NCBI RefSeq assembly: GCF_009834535.1
Contig: NC_045696.1
Coordinates: forward strand, 31,808,001-31,872,000
Reading direction: 5' to 3'
Source: Camelus ferus
Taxonomy: Eukaryota
DNA length: 64,000 bases
The first letter of the stretch is position 1, and every line of letters begins with the position of its first letter. Shown here one piece after another: positions 39,151-52,485 of this stretch. The notes beneath the pieces are model-generated. The model made no database searches. It worked only from the letters and a program-made list of their open reading frames with translations, and had not been told where the DNA came from. The position numbers and the translations under genes are program-made.

Positions 39151-40099
39151 AAATATGACCTCTTACAGTCATATTTAAGTGTTTCATACCTTGAATCATG
39201 GATAGTTGGGAAAATACAGTAGATAAATGGTATCTCATGCTCACTGGCCCTCTCTTGCTTATATTCATGTACACATGCTCACATACACATACTGAGTTAT
39301 TAAATAAAAACTTGTAGGAGATGTCATTACCTTCACCCATAGGGTGTTTATATGGTAAGAAAAGTAAGATTCTACAGACTAAAAATTGAAAAGTATCAAT
39401 ATTTGTTAAAGAATTGCTCACAGAGAAATTAGAAGAAGCAGAGTTAAAAAGTTACAAGTGAGACCAGAGTAGCATGGGGGTCAAACTCAAAGACAGAAGG
39501 GAAGAGAGAAGAGTGTCAAAACCAGCAACACATACCTCTAAGGTAAAAATGTTTCATTGAAGGTAGTATTTTGGAGTTCTAAGTGTCTTGGCAAAAGGTA
39601 TTTCCACAACATGTAGAGAGAGGTAGTTTGAATAATGGATGGGAGTGGAGAAGAGTTGTTCAGCACCAACCATGAAGCTGTATGGGAGCCTCTATGTGCA
39701 GTAAAAAGCAAACTGTTTTGTAAACACCAACAGAAAATTAAACAAATAAAAAATATGTTATCAACCTATTTTAAAAAATTATCACAACTGGAAAAATGTC
39801 ACTAGAAAAAAAGTGGGTACCTATTGCATAATTACCATTAAAGATAGTTCCTACCCTACTCAGTTTGCAATTTAGGATATCATTTAATGTTGCCAACTAT
39901 TAAAGCTATAGCGGAGTGCTGCCTGAGTAGTACTCTAGGTTTGGAAACTGGCTAGCTGTACAGCCTATGAAAGACATTTCTTTTCTGGATCTCAGTTTAT
40001 GAATTTAGTAAGTTTTAACTGAACCTGTAGGCTTTACATTTTTATTGTACTCATATGTCCACAAATAACGTCTATTCACACACAATGTAGGAAAACTAG

Positions 40100-40312
40100 A
40101 TAGCTTGAATTTATAACCCTACTCTCCCACTTAAAAGCTGTATAAATTAGGGCAGTTGACTTAATGGTCTTAGTGTCTCAGTTTCCTCAATAAATAAATT
40201 GGAATAATTATAATAGAGACTTCATAATGTTGTGATGAAAATAAATGAAATGTTATATGTAAAGACCTACACAGAGTGCCTGGCACAAGGTAATTGCTTA
40301 ATAAATGTTATA
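40100..40312 (+). mobile_element. MIR SINE
   Basis: gggcagttgacttaat...gtgtctcagtttcctca...cagagtgcctggcacaaggtaattgcttaataaatgtta. Confidence 0.8.
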
Positions 40313-42261
40313 TATATCATTACATTGTAATTGCTTATAATTATAAAATGGTATATAGTACATCTGAACATATATACATGCGAGTTCTTATATATGTGTG
40401 CATATACATGTAGAGAAAAGTATATCTATAGTCCTCTTTAGTGTATGTGAGCATATATTTCTTTAAAAGTATTTAACAACTTTGAACTTTATAAAATAAT
40501 TTTCCACAAAATCCATATGGATAGATATGAAGCTCAAAAAGTAGAATTTCTAGCTCTCAAGGATTCCCACAAGAGGGGAAAAAGATTATTTTCATTTCGG
40601 GAAAAATACAAGTACTTTTAAACAAATATGTACCAAAGACTAATCCACTTTCCTTTCCTACCATTGCACCGACAGCATTATGAACCAGAAAATTGTTTGA
40701 GCAGCCACAGATAAGGAATTACAAATCTGGAGGTTCAAGAGTCATATAAAGCAGATGTAAGGTTAATTTGCATGGTTTAGTTGCCTCCCGATTTTTTCAA
40801 TACATTTCAATGGCTTGAAACTCTGAAAACCTGATAGCAAATAAAAAGGTTTCTATAGGCTGCCTGATTTCTTGCTGATTCAGCTGTCTGAAGGCAAAGC
40901 CAATTACTATGGCTTGCATTTCCTTGTGCAGCAACCAGAACATATTCATTGTTAAATAGAGCCATTAAATATTTAGGGGAGGAAGAAAAGTTTTATGAAT
41001 TGAGATGATAGCAGTGAAAAACTACCTATGGATATTTTCCTCTTAAACAACAAGAAAACACTTTTCTAAGTGTAACTTGAAAATCTCAAGCATGAAATAT
41101 GATTTGATTTAATATCAATTCAATGGTCTTTTTAAATGTTGATTTTTAGGTTGGCATATAAGAAAAAAAAAGCCTCAGATATAAAGCTAAATTTTATCCT
41201 CAGAGTAATAAAAATAACCAATATGGTCTCCTGAACAAAGAACTAGCTGAAGAATTGGGATTCTATTTTTGGCCTCACCAGTGACTTGCTCAGTGACCTT
41301 GGACATATCACTTAAATGGCTTTGTGCCTCAAGGTTCCCAGCTGTAATATAGAGATTATAATGCCAGCCCCTGCTTCATGGGACTGAAGAACTATTTCAG
41401 TTTAGTTTGTTTAAAACCCCAAAGGCTTTTTAAACTACCAGAAATAACTGTTAAATTCAAGCAAGATTATATTTTATTAATTTCTTTTTACTGTTTGATT
41501 TGGTTTTCTTGTAGTCTTTCATAATCCTTTTCCTACTAAAATAAATCACAGGGATAAAATTAATAGATGAAGATTTTCATAGGGTATTAAGGAACACTTC
41601 TAACAGTAAAGGAAAATTAAGAATACACTTCTGAGATCAACTGATATACTTTATACTCCTTGGCATGTTTAACTCGTGATTCAGAAAAGAATTATGTTAC
41701 AATCATGTAACTTAGAACTTCTCACTAAATCTGTAATGGACTATTTTCTTCTTATTCCAGGCCTTCTCACAGTTTCTCTCCATGACTTTTTTCAAGCAAG
41801 ATTTTCTCATAATGTCTCTACAAATATACTGATAAATCCATTTCCGTCTCTCCAAATCCAGAACACCCACTCAAGCCCCTTTCAAATGCCATGTCCTTCT
41901 AGATTCCTTCTCTCTGCATAACAATATCTGTCATCCAATAAGAAGTTCTGAGTAGTTGGAGGAGTTAAGTAAAAGGGACATCTTTTGCTATACCCTCTTG
42001 TGAATTTTAAATTTTGGAACTATATATGTTTATTATTTGTTCAAAATTGATTAAATATTATTTTTCAGTGTTACTCTTCTCAAACTCCAGACTAGAACCC
42101 CCTACTTCAACTGCAAAAATACCTTGTTTGTTCTTTCACAACACTTCTTAGAAGTCTTGCATCATTACATCATGTGACAAATTCTTACATTCAGCAATTC
42201 TTACAGTACAAATGAAATAGCCTCAAACCAATCATTCTTCCTCCTATCATACACCTCAGTC

Positions 42262-42675
42262 TATTTGGTGCCACTTTTTTTTAACTTATTTATGCTTTTT
42301 GTTGTTGATTTTGCTGCTTAAAGTAATCTCCTAATGTAATATTGAAGTGCTGCCTAGTATTCCTAAGTGCAAAAGTATAAAAAGCACTTTACAAAGAAAA
42401 TACATATGTTAGATAAGCTGCATGCAGGCAAGAGTTATAGTGCTATTTGCCATTAGATCAAGGCTAATGAATTAACAGTATGTATTAATTTCAGTGTCTT
42501 TAAACAGAAACACATAAAACAGGGTTATATATTGATCAGTTAATAAAATGGGATCAGAGATTCTCAGGTCTCTAACCCTTGTTTCCCTAGGAATAGTGGT
42601 TCCATATTCACTATTTCAGGGTTTATGGTGACTTTGTAGAACATAACTATCCACCACTAACAAGGATTAATTGTA
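42262..42675. mobile_element. TcMar-Tigger non-autonomous DNA transposon (MER82-like), partial
   Basis: gaagtgctgcctagtattcctaagtgc, gttagataagct, gtgtctttaaacagaaacacataaaac and gactttgtagaacataactat, ending at a TA dinucleotide. Confidence 0.7.
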
Positions 42676-43429
42676 CCTATTTTATTTGTATCCACACACT
42701 GCCTTCAACCATACTTTAAAAATCAACCTTTCAGTTCCACAATTGCACATTTCTTGGGCACATTTCTAACTTTCTGGTCATGTCAATTATAGACAAAAAT
42801 TTGGCCAACTTTAAAGCTTCAGTTCAATATCCATTTTAAAGTTCATCTCCTTATATTTCCCCAAAGTAGCCAGATAGCTATCCCAAGAATAGAAGTGAGG
42901 CTGCAGCTCTTTTACTCTTCCTCTTCTTCCTATTCTGGGTTCCCTTCTCCTGTTCTGAAATGGAAATGGACATGTGGTTTCTCATCTGGGAGTTTCTGTA
43001 GTTTTCTTCTTTATCCTTGATGCTCTTGCTAAGACGAACAGGCCATTGATGTTCTCTATGTGGTAAGCTATTTCTACTCTTTAGAAATAGCTCCCGAATC
43101 TCTTCACCTCTTTAGCTTTTGGCTCCTTTCCCCAAGAAATCCTTCCTTTTCCGGAATTATCTTTAGGCACATCTTAAAAGGGCAACAGAAAGCAAGGACC
43201 CAAGGTTTATTGTGTCCACGTGGATGTAAACCTCTTCATACTTTATCTAAATACCATTACATTATATAATTTTGCATGACTTAAACTTTTATCATTACTG
43301 GGAGATAGAGGATACATGAACTATTTTAATTTGTGAAATAAACAGCATATTCTAATAGATCTCAAACTGAAGCTGCAGCTTCAGCTTCAGCTGCAAGCTG
43401 ATGGACATAAAAACGAAGGAAGGGAATTT

Positions 43430-43900
43430 TATTAGTTTTCTAGGACTGCTATAGGAAATTACCACAAATTAGTTGGCTTAAAACACCGGATTTATTCTCT
43501 CACAATTCACATGGCCTGAAGTTCAAAATTAAGGTATTGACAAGATTAGTTTCTACTGGAGTCTCTGAGAGAGAATATTTTCCATGCTCTTTCCTAGCTT
43601 CCAGTGGTTGCTGGCCACTTTTTGCATCATTTAACTTGTGGATACATCATCCCATTCTCTGCCTCTGTCGTCACACAGTGTTCTTCCCTGTAGGTCTGTG
43701 TCCGTATCTCCTTCTTCTTATAAGGATACATCTAGGGCACATCTTACTCCAGTATTTCCTCATCTTAACTTGATTATATCTACAAAGGCCCTATTTAACA
43801 TGTCCCCTTCACTGGTTCTAAGTATTTTGAACAGTGTATATGTATTTGTATATGTATATGTATATGATATGTATGGGGGGGCACTATTCAGCTCACTATA
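43430..43900 (-). mobile_element. MaLR LTR (MLT1B/C-like)
   Basis: attagttttctaggactgctataggaaattaccacaaattagttggcttaaaac...gggggggcactattcagctcacta. Confidence 0.85.
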
Positions 43901-44479
43901 GGAGGCTGGAAAATCCATGAAGAGAGGAGGTGTATAGAAACTAAAGTCAAAGCACAGAAATAAATGCTCCCAGAAAGAGCACATCCAACATTAAGAACTA
44001 AGTCAGTAAACAAAAGTCTGGAAATTGGTTAATACATATCACGTGCTCCATGGATGAAACTTGGAAGTTAGTGGGATTGGAGATGGAAATTCTGGAGAAA
44101 CATTGCTCTGCAGAAAAAGAAGATTAATGGAGGGGATAAGTTGACATTTGAGATGAGGTAGTAAACAAGTGAAAGGTATGCTGAAAAACAAAAGAGAAAA
44201 CAGAACTTTCTTAATCTTTTAAAAAATTGCATATCACTATACTAACAAAAGGTGGTATTTTTAAACCAAGAATCTTACCATGAAATGCCTAGGAATGAAA
44301 ATGGCAGATAAATTCCTTACAACTTTACCTTAACTGGAATTCTTTCTCATTTTCTGCTCTATTAAGAAAATTCATTGCTCCCACCAATACAACACTTATC
44401 TATTAATGAAGATGATTTTAGTATACTGATATAAGAATATAATCTTTAAGTAGGAATCTGTCTATGAAATGTTTAAAAA

Positions 44480-46510
44480 TGGGAAATACAGACAACTCCA
44501 CACAAGAAGGTGGCCACCAGAGCACCCCAGGAAAAGACATGGCTTGTACTCACTTCAGATCCACCAAAGCCTCTGTGTACTCATAGATTGAACAGGGACA
44601 TTCCCACACAAGTATGCACTATCAAGAATGGGATACGTAACTGTTTCACCTAATTTCATAGACACAAACAGAGGATAAGGATAAAGGAATTCAGTGAGAA
44701 CTTTAACAGAAAACTATAAAATACTAAAAAAGAACCAATGATAGCTGAAAAATACAGTAACTGAAGTGAAAAGTACACTAAAAAGAATTAACAGCAGATT
44801 AGGTGATATAAAAGAACGCATAAATAAACTGAAAGGTAGAATACTGGAAATCACCCAGTAAGAACAGCAAAAAGAAAAAAAAAAAAAATGAAGATAGTTT
44901 AAGTGATCTCTGGGACATTATCAAGTATACTAAAATTGTGTTATTGAGGTCCCAGAAGGAGGAGAGAGAGAAAAAGAGGCAGAAAAGGTATTTGATGAAA
45001 TTATGGCTGAAAATTTCCCTAACCTGAAGAAGAAAATAGATATACAAGTCTATAAAGCACAGAGAGTCCCCAAAAGGTGAAGCCAAAGAGACCAACACCA
45101 GTACATATCATAGTTAAAATGGCAAAAATAAAAAATTAAAAAAGAACTTAAGAAAACAGCAAGAGAAAAACAGAGCCACTTATAAGAAAACCCCCTATAA
45201 ACTATCAGTTGATTTTTCAGCAGAAACTTTGTAGGCGAGAGGGAAATAGCATAAACAGACCAATTACCAGTGATGAAATTCAATCAGTTATTTATAAAAC
45301 AAAAAACAAACAAACAAAAAAACCCCAAAGGATCAGGGCCTGACAGCTTCACAGGAGAATTCTACCATTTACTTAAAAATTAATACCTATTTTTCTCAAA
45401 CTACTCCAAAAATTGAAGAGAAGAGAACATTTTCAAACTTATTCTATGTGGTCAACATGACTTTGGTATCAAAACCAGACAAAGACTTAAAAAGAGTAAA
45501 TAAAATTATAGGCCAATATCCCTAATGAACATAGATGCAAAAATTCTCAACAAAATGTTTGCAAACTGATTTCCACAGTATGTAAAAAGTATCATGCATC
45601 ATGATCAAGTAGAATTTATTCCAGGGATGCAAGAATGGTTAAATATCCACAAGTTAGTTTATGTGATACATCACATTAATGAAAGGAATGGGAAAAATAA
45701 CATGGTCATCTCAATAGGTATAGGAAAAGCATTTAACAGAATTCAGCATCTATTCATGATAAAAATTCTCATCAAAATTGGCATAAAAGAGACATGTCTC
45801 AACATAATAAATACCATTTATGATAACCTAACAGCTAAAATAATAACACAGTAGTGAAAAGCCAAAGCTTTTCCTCTAAGATCATGAGTGAGACAATGAT
45901 GCCCACTATTCCCATTTCTATTTAATACAGTATTGAAAGTACTAGCCATAGAAGTCACACAAGAAAAAGAAATTAAATGTATCCAAATCAGAAAAGAAGT
46001 AAAACTGTCACTATTTTAAGATCCTATATATGTAAAACCCTAAAGACTTCACCAGAAAAGTATGAGAACTAATGAGTGGATTCAATGAAGTTGCAAGGTA
46101 CAGGATTAATATACAGAAATCTGTTGTATTTCTATACACTAATAATGAAGTATCAGAAAGAAAAATTTAAAAAAAATCTCATTTACAGTTGTATCAAAAA
46201 AACAAACACTAAAACACCTAGGAATAAATATAGTTAAAGAGGTGAAAGACCTATATTCTGAAAGCTATGAAGTTTTGATAAGGAAAAGTTGAAGATAATA
46301 CAAATAAATTGAAAGATATACCATGTTCATAGATTGGAAGAATTAATATTGTTAAAATATCCATACCTACCCAAAGCAATCTACAGATTTAATGCAATGC
46401 CTAACAAAATACCCATGATACTATTCACAGAACTAGAACAAATATTCCTAAAATTTGTATGCAACTACAAAAGACCCTGAAGAGGTAAAACAATCTTGAG
46501 AAAAAAGAAC
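44480..46510 (+). mobile_element. Internally deleted L1: 5' UTR/ORF1 remnant joined at about 45250 to ORF2 RT region
   Basis: ORF1 motifs (gaaattatggctgaaaatttccctaacctg, gatttttcagcagaaacttt) jump directly to aacagaccaattaccagt. ORF 45594-45854 encodes the L1 RT peptide MHHDQVEFIPGMQEWLNIHK. Multiple stops and frameshifts. Confidence 0.9.
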
Positions 46511-46519
46511 AACAACAAA

Positions 46520-47130
46520 ACAGTAGGTGTTTCCTCAAAAAATTAAAAATATAATTAGCATATGATTCAGCAATACCACTTCTGGGTACATTGAAAGCAG
46601 GGTCTCAAAATTATATTTGTATAACAATATCCATAGTGGTATAATGCACAGTAGCTAAAATGTGGAAGCAAACGAGGTGTGCACTGATAGTTGAGTGGAT
46701 AAGCAAAATGTGGTGTGTGTGTGTGTGTGTGTGTATGCATACATCCATAATGGAATATTATTTAAAAAGAAAGAAAATTTTGACATATGGGTCATCATAG
46801 ATGACGCTTGAAGACATGCTAAGTGAAATGTCAGTCACAGATAGACAAATATTGTATAATTTTACCTATATTAGGTACTTAAAGTAGTCAAAAATCATAG
46901 AAACAGACAGAAAGTAGAATTGTGATTGCTAAGGGTTGGGGAAAGGATATGTGGAATTATAGTTTAGTTGGTATAGACATTCATTTTTGAAGTATGAAGG
47001 AGTTCTGAAGTTGGATGGTGGGATGCTTTTGGAACAAGTTGCACAAGAATATGTATGTACTTAACACTGCTGAACTGAATACTTAAAAATGGTTAAAATA
47101 GTAAATTTTATATGTATTTACTACAGTTTT
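46520..47130 (+). mobile_element. L1MA/MB-like 3' end containing (TG)n at about 46713-46734
   Basis: catatgattcagcaataccacttctggg...gtacttaacactgctgaactg...cttaaaaatggttaaaatagtaaatttta. Confidence 0.8.
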
Positions 47131-47134
47131 TGGT

Positions 47135-48345
47135 GAAGGAGATGGGAAGGGATAAATTGGGAATTCAAGATTTGCAAATATTAACTACTGTGTATAAAAT
47201 AGTACAGAGAATACATGGAAAAATAGAAACAGAGTAAGATGATATAAACCTTAAAGAGTTAAATATATACTGCCATAGAATTTGAAAAGACAACCTATGG
47301 AATGGGAGAAAATATTTGCAAACACTGCAACTGACAAAGGATTGCTTTTCAAATATGTAAACAGTACAGCTCAATATCAAAAAAACAAGTAGCCTAATCA
47401 AAAAATAGTCAGAAGACCCAAACAGACATTTCTCTAAAGAAGACATATAGATGGCCAACAGGCACATGAAACGATGCTAAACATTGCTAATTTTTAGAGA
47501 AAAGCAAAACTACAATGAGGTTATCACCTCACATCAATTGAAATGGCTATCATCAAAAAGATTAGAAATAATAAATGCTGGAGAGGGTGTGGAGAAAATA
47601 GAACCATCCTACACTGTTGGTGGGAATGTAAATTGGTGCAGCCACTATGGAGCACAGTATGGAGGTTCCTTTAAAAAATAAAAATAGACCTACTGTAGGA
47701 TCCAACATTCTCACACCTGGACATATAACCAGAAAAGATGAAAACTCTAATTCAAAAAGATACATGCAACCCAATGTTCATAGCAGCACAATTTACCATA
47801 GCCAAGATATGGAAGCAGCCTAAATGTTAATGGGCAAATAAATAGGTAAGAAAATGTGGTATATATACAGAATTGAATATTACTCAGCCATAAAAAGTAA
47901 TGGAATAATGCCATTTGCAGCAACATGGATGGACCTAGAAATTATATTGAGTGAAATAAGTCAGACAGAGAAAGACAAATATCATATGATATCACTTATA
48001 AGTAGAATCTAAAAAAAAAAGAATGAACTTATTTATGAAACAGAAATATACACACAGACATAGAAAATAAATTTATGATTACCAAAGCAGAAAGTTGGGG
48101 AGGGATAAATTAGGAGTTTGGGATTAACAGATAACACACTACTGTATATAAAATAGAAAAACAACAAAGTTCTACTATATAACACAGATAACTATATTCA
48201 AAATCTTGTAATAACCTATAATAGAAAATAATCTGAAAAATAATCTATATATTATATGTAAGTATATATAGAGATAGATATGTAGCTGAATCACTTTGCT
48301 GTACACCTGAAACAGCATTGTAGATCAGCTGTACTTCAATAAATA
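47135..48345 (+). mobile_element. Younger cetartiodactyl-type L1 ORF2 end and 3' UTR, preceded by a short extra 3' UTR fragment
   Basis: aaagacaacctatggaatgggagaaaatatttgcaaac, aaatgctggagagggtgtggagaaa, gggagggataaattaggagtttgggattaacag, gctgaatcactttgctgtacacctgaaac...cttcaataaa. Confidence 0.9.
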
Positions 48346-49127
48346 TTTTCAAAACTCCCATTTTAAACAATATAGAGAATAAAATCATCTTTTACAATAA
48401 GACAGTTTATGCTTTCTCTAATTAGAATTTCTATATGCAAAATGCTAGAGAAACTGAAGTATTGATAGACATTATGTTAAGAAGTGAGGTCTAAAAAAAT
48501 TATTAATCTGTACCCATTGCATAGTTAGCTTTTGTTATGTAATTTGAAGTGTTACTGTGGAAGCAACAAATACAATGCATGCTCACCAAAGTGTACTGTA
48601 TATTGTAGGAGAAGACACATGCCATTATATAATACTTATAAATCTCAGAGAAACTACCAGACATTTCGTCAACATGCCAAGGCAATCATACTTTTGGAAC
48701 AAGTGACATTATTTGATCCCTTTTGAAAATTAAAAATTCCTCTGGTATAAAATCATTAGAGCAGAGCAGTGTTTCTCAATTATTTTCTTACTCATGATCC
48801 TTTTTGAAAATGCAAATATCTCACACACCTGTAAATTTTCTGAAATGCGACTCCTGCTCCATTGAGAGACACGGATATGTTAATCTTTAATTAATAACTT
48901 ATCGCAGGTCAAGATTTAGTGCACTTCAATTTTTATGGTTTGTTTTATAGAAACACTATTACACTTATTTTTTAAATAGTCAAATATGTTTTATCAGTTG
49001 ATACACTATTAAAGCTACCTCTATCGGAATGTACAGGTTGGAAAGACAGTAAAAGTGTTTCCCAGTTGGGAATTACCTAGTTGTCACATGTCCAAAAGTT
49101 ACTGCAGTTAATAAATACATTCAGTTC

Positions 49128-49579
49128 TGTTGACTGAAAAAAAAATGCACAACGTGAGAGCAGTGAGTTAAGTTTTACTGGGGGTAAAATGAGGACTAGA
49201 GCCTGGGAGACAGCATTTCAGATAGCTCTGAGGAATTTCTCTAAAGAGGTAGAGGGGGAATGTCAGTATTATATATTATTTTAGTGAAGGGGCAGATTCA
49301 CATTTTGTCAGAGGCTTGCTGCTCTTCATGAGGAGCAGATGTCACTGTTAAGGTTTTAGTGCTTTTCTAGATATGAGGAGATACAATTTGGGCTTATAAA
49401 ATCTTCCCCTGAAAATATCTATCTGAAGGCTTGTTCCGCAGTTTTCCAGGAGAACAGAGTGCCTTTTTACTGGTCTCCACCCTGAACTCCTTTCAGAGTA
49501 TGTTGAAGGTCAGCAGCTATAGCAGCTCATGATTTAATCCTTATAGGGGTAGATGACAAGTGCCTTTTTTCAGTTGGCA
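49128..49579 (-). mobile_element. Solo ERV1 LTR, cetartiodactyl MER41-like family
   Basis: TG...CA termini (tgttgactgaaaaaaaaatgcacaacgtgagag ... cagttggca); internal gcctgggagacagcatttcagatagctctgag and ccaccctgaactcctttcag resemble the recalled family consensus. Confidence 0.75.
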
Positions 49580-51163
49580 CTTTTACCATTATATCTTTGT
49601 TCATGCCTGTATAAATCCCTATATTGTAGATTTCTATCTAAATCCACATCTTTATTTAATCTTAATCTACATCTATATCTGAATATAATAAAGTATACTG
49701 AAAATCTGTGATAATAGACTAGCTTAAATTGGATAAACAGGTATTTTAGTCTACATGAAATTTATCCTATATGAAATTAACTATTAATTGAGTCAAAAGG
49801 TCTTACTCATATGTTTTTAGTTATATGTGCATGAGGGGATGTGGGTAAAGGAAACATGAGTTATCGTATAATTCTCTCAAACTCTGACGCTATATACACT
49901 TGAATTTTTCATTTTAAATGTTAATTGTTCAAACATGTTCAAAGTTTATTTTTACCTGAGAAATTGAGCAATCACAGAGGCACTTAAGATGGTGGTGATC
50001 ACATTCTAAATAGAGTGTGGCTATCTTTTCCTTATGCTGCTAGTTTGTAGAACTCATTTCCATGCCCTGTTACTCACTAATGTTATTATAGTTAAATTGG
50101 AATCTGGCTGGTGACAATGGCACTACAGGAAATGTTTCTTCCTGATTGTGATATTAGAAGAGGATATGTTGTGAAAACTGTTAGCTTGATTAGTTACTTG
50201 TAAAATGTGATTTCTTGTTGCATTAGCCACATTATTTTTGAAAAAAAAAATAGTGTCTTTAGTGTTAAATTAAAAGTTTGGATTTTATTTTCTAACCAAA
50301 ACAGGTTAAGTCATAACTAAAATATATGAATTACCTTTTTGAATATTCCATATCTGAAATCTTATACTTATTTTGCCTTAGGGCAGGAAAAATACTTTTT
50401 TATAAATGTGAAGTTAGATTTAAGATGGTCCTTCCATTTATCCAATTGAAAACAAACTTTTTTTTTCTGATTTCAAACTTTTGCTTTGACTTTGTTCTAG
50501 AGAGACATTATTCAGACCTTCAGCAAAGCACTGGCTACTAATAGACTTAGAAAATAACTTGCCAAGTAGACAAAACATGATTAGCTCTTTATTCTTCTAG
50601 AATAGTTTTCAAGTATTAGAGGTCAAGAAACAAATCACAGTGCAGAATGATCTTTTGGTTATCGTTAGTTTTCTGATATACGTGGATTCCTTGCCCTTCT
50701 ATTGGTTGCTTCATTTAAAGGTCTCCATGGATTTTGCTTTGTTAATATATCTATACTCTCCCATCTATACATAGTACCATGACAGTAAACAAACAAATGG
50801 GAAAACAAGTGGGATAATATAGGTATTTTTAAAAAAGTATATATTTCCATCAAAAAATCTGGTATTACATGTGATATCAGTTTTATAATTGGTATACATT
50901 TGACAAGTAGAATTGACTTTAAAAAATTCTACCATCTCTAGTCATAACATGTATTAGTTGTGTTATCTGAGCAGCACTCCTGAAGAAAGGATTTAAGTGC
51001 AAATATTATACTTGGGGAGTTATTTCAGGAAGCATTTAGGAAGGAGAAGAGACAGTGAGATAGGAAAGGAAAGGAACTAAAGAGAGGATACATATATGAG
51101 CCTGTCATATCTGTGGGCAACTGGACCTCCATTCCATTATGACTTCTAGGAGATGGTGTATTG

Positions 51164-52307
51164 TAGAGTCAGCAAACTACAGCCCTTGGGTCAAACCTGG
51201 CATACTGCCTGTATTTGTACCCCCTGCAGGGGCACTACTACAGCAGAGTAGCACTGAGAGCCATGGAGACCAATTCTAGATGTCCCTTTTGGCCCATTTC
51301 TCCCTTTGTTCCTAGCATTTGCCTCCTCAGTGGCTGCACCTAATTGCTGCACAGGGCCTATGCCACCTTCATACTGGGCACCCCTCTGCTGGCATTTTTG
51401 GGCACCAAGCTTTGGAATCTTAGACTGGGTGTCAGGGACTCAGAAAGTCATCTCATTTCTGTCCAGCTTCCCAAATTAAGTTTCCAAAACTCCAGGAGGT
51501 GAGAAGTGGATTATTCCTAAGTATTCTTGGGATAAAGAATGAAACTAATAAGAGCAGAGCCAGCATTTCCTAATACCAGGTACCCCTCTCGAGCCAGCTG
51601 TTCTCCCTTGGAGAATCTCTCCAGCAGAGCCAAAGTAGGCCTGCCATCTGGGATGGCCTATCCCAGCAAAATGAGGCAACGCAGGAGTTTTCTTTTGTTA
51701 TATAAGTATGTTCATAATATCCCCAATTTTGCCTCTTGACAGGCAGTACTCAAAGCATTTACTGTCTAGCCTAAAGAAAGCTGAATAATGCCCCTCCAAA
51801 GAGGCCTATGTCATAATCCCCAGAGACTGTGAATATGCTACCTTACCTAGCAAAGGGACCTTACAAATGTGATTAATTTAAGGTTCTTGAGCTATAGGGA
51901 TTATCATGATTATCCTGTGTGTCCAGTGTAATCATAAGGGTCCTTAATAAGGGGGATGCGAAAAAGTCAGACAGAGGAAGGCAGTGTGACAGCAGATACA
52001 GTCAGCGAAGGAGATAAAATGACACTACACTGATGGTTTTGAATATAGAGAAGGAAACCACAGGTCAAGGAGAACACATAGCCTGTGAAGCTGGCAAAGA
52101 CAAAGAAACAGATTCTCTAGAGAACTTCCAGAGGGGACCGATTCTACTGACGTTAGCCTGGTGAGCCTGGTGTTGGACTTCTGACCTCCAGAACTGTGAG
52201 AGCGTAAAATTGTGTTGTTTTTAAGCTGTTTAAATTTGGGTAATTTTCTACAGCAGCAACAAGAAACTAATATATGCCCCTTTGCAGAAAAAGTTTTCTG
52301 ACTCCTG
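51164..52307 (+). mobile_element. MER58B-like hAT element in three pieces (51164-51225, 51688-51772, 52275-52307)
   Basis: tagagtcagcaaactacagcccttgggtcaaacctggc ... gttatataagtatgttcataatatccccaattttgcctcttg...atttactgtctagcc ... ccctttgcagaaaaagttttctgactcctg. Confidence 0.7.
51775..52274 (+). mobile_element. MaLR LTR (MLT1D-like) nested in MER58B
   Basis: gctgaataatgcccctccaaaga...gtgaatatgctaccttacctagcaaagggac...ggacttctgacctccagaactgtgag...cagcagcaacaagaaactaatata. Confidence 0.85.
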
Positions 52308-52315
52308 GTGTAAAA

Positions 52316-52485
52316 TAATGCTTCTCAAATTTTAGCAGATATAAGGACTATTTAAGGATCTAGTTAAAGCAGTTTCTGAAGCTCATTTCCCAGAGATTCT
52401 GATTCATTAGGTCTTGGATTGGCCCCCGGAACTTCTAACCATCCCCTAGCTGATGCTGATGCTGCCAGTGCAGTGTGTAGCCCTG
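52316..52485. mobile_element. MER5A-like hAT DNA transposon
   Basis: gcttctcaaatttt...cccagagattctgattcattaggtct...tgatgctgatgctgccag. Confidence 0.75.

Noticed and set aside
43367..43384. Perfect 18-bp palindrome ctgaagctgcagcttcag
   Set aside because: Part of a low-complexity cagctt/cagctg run with no supporting context.
45594..45854. ORF with reverse-transcriptase similarity as an active or novel RT system
   Set aside because: An 86-aa remnant of ordinary L1 ORF2 within a deleted, stop-ridden L1.
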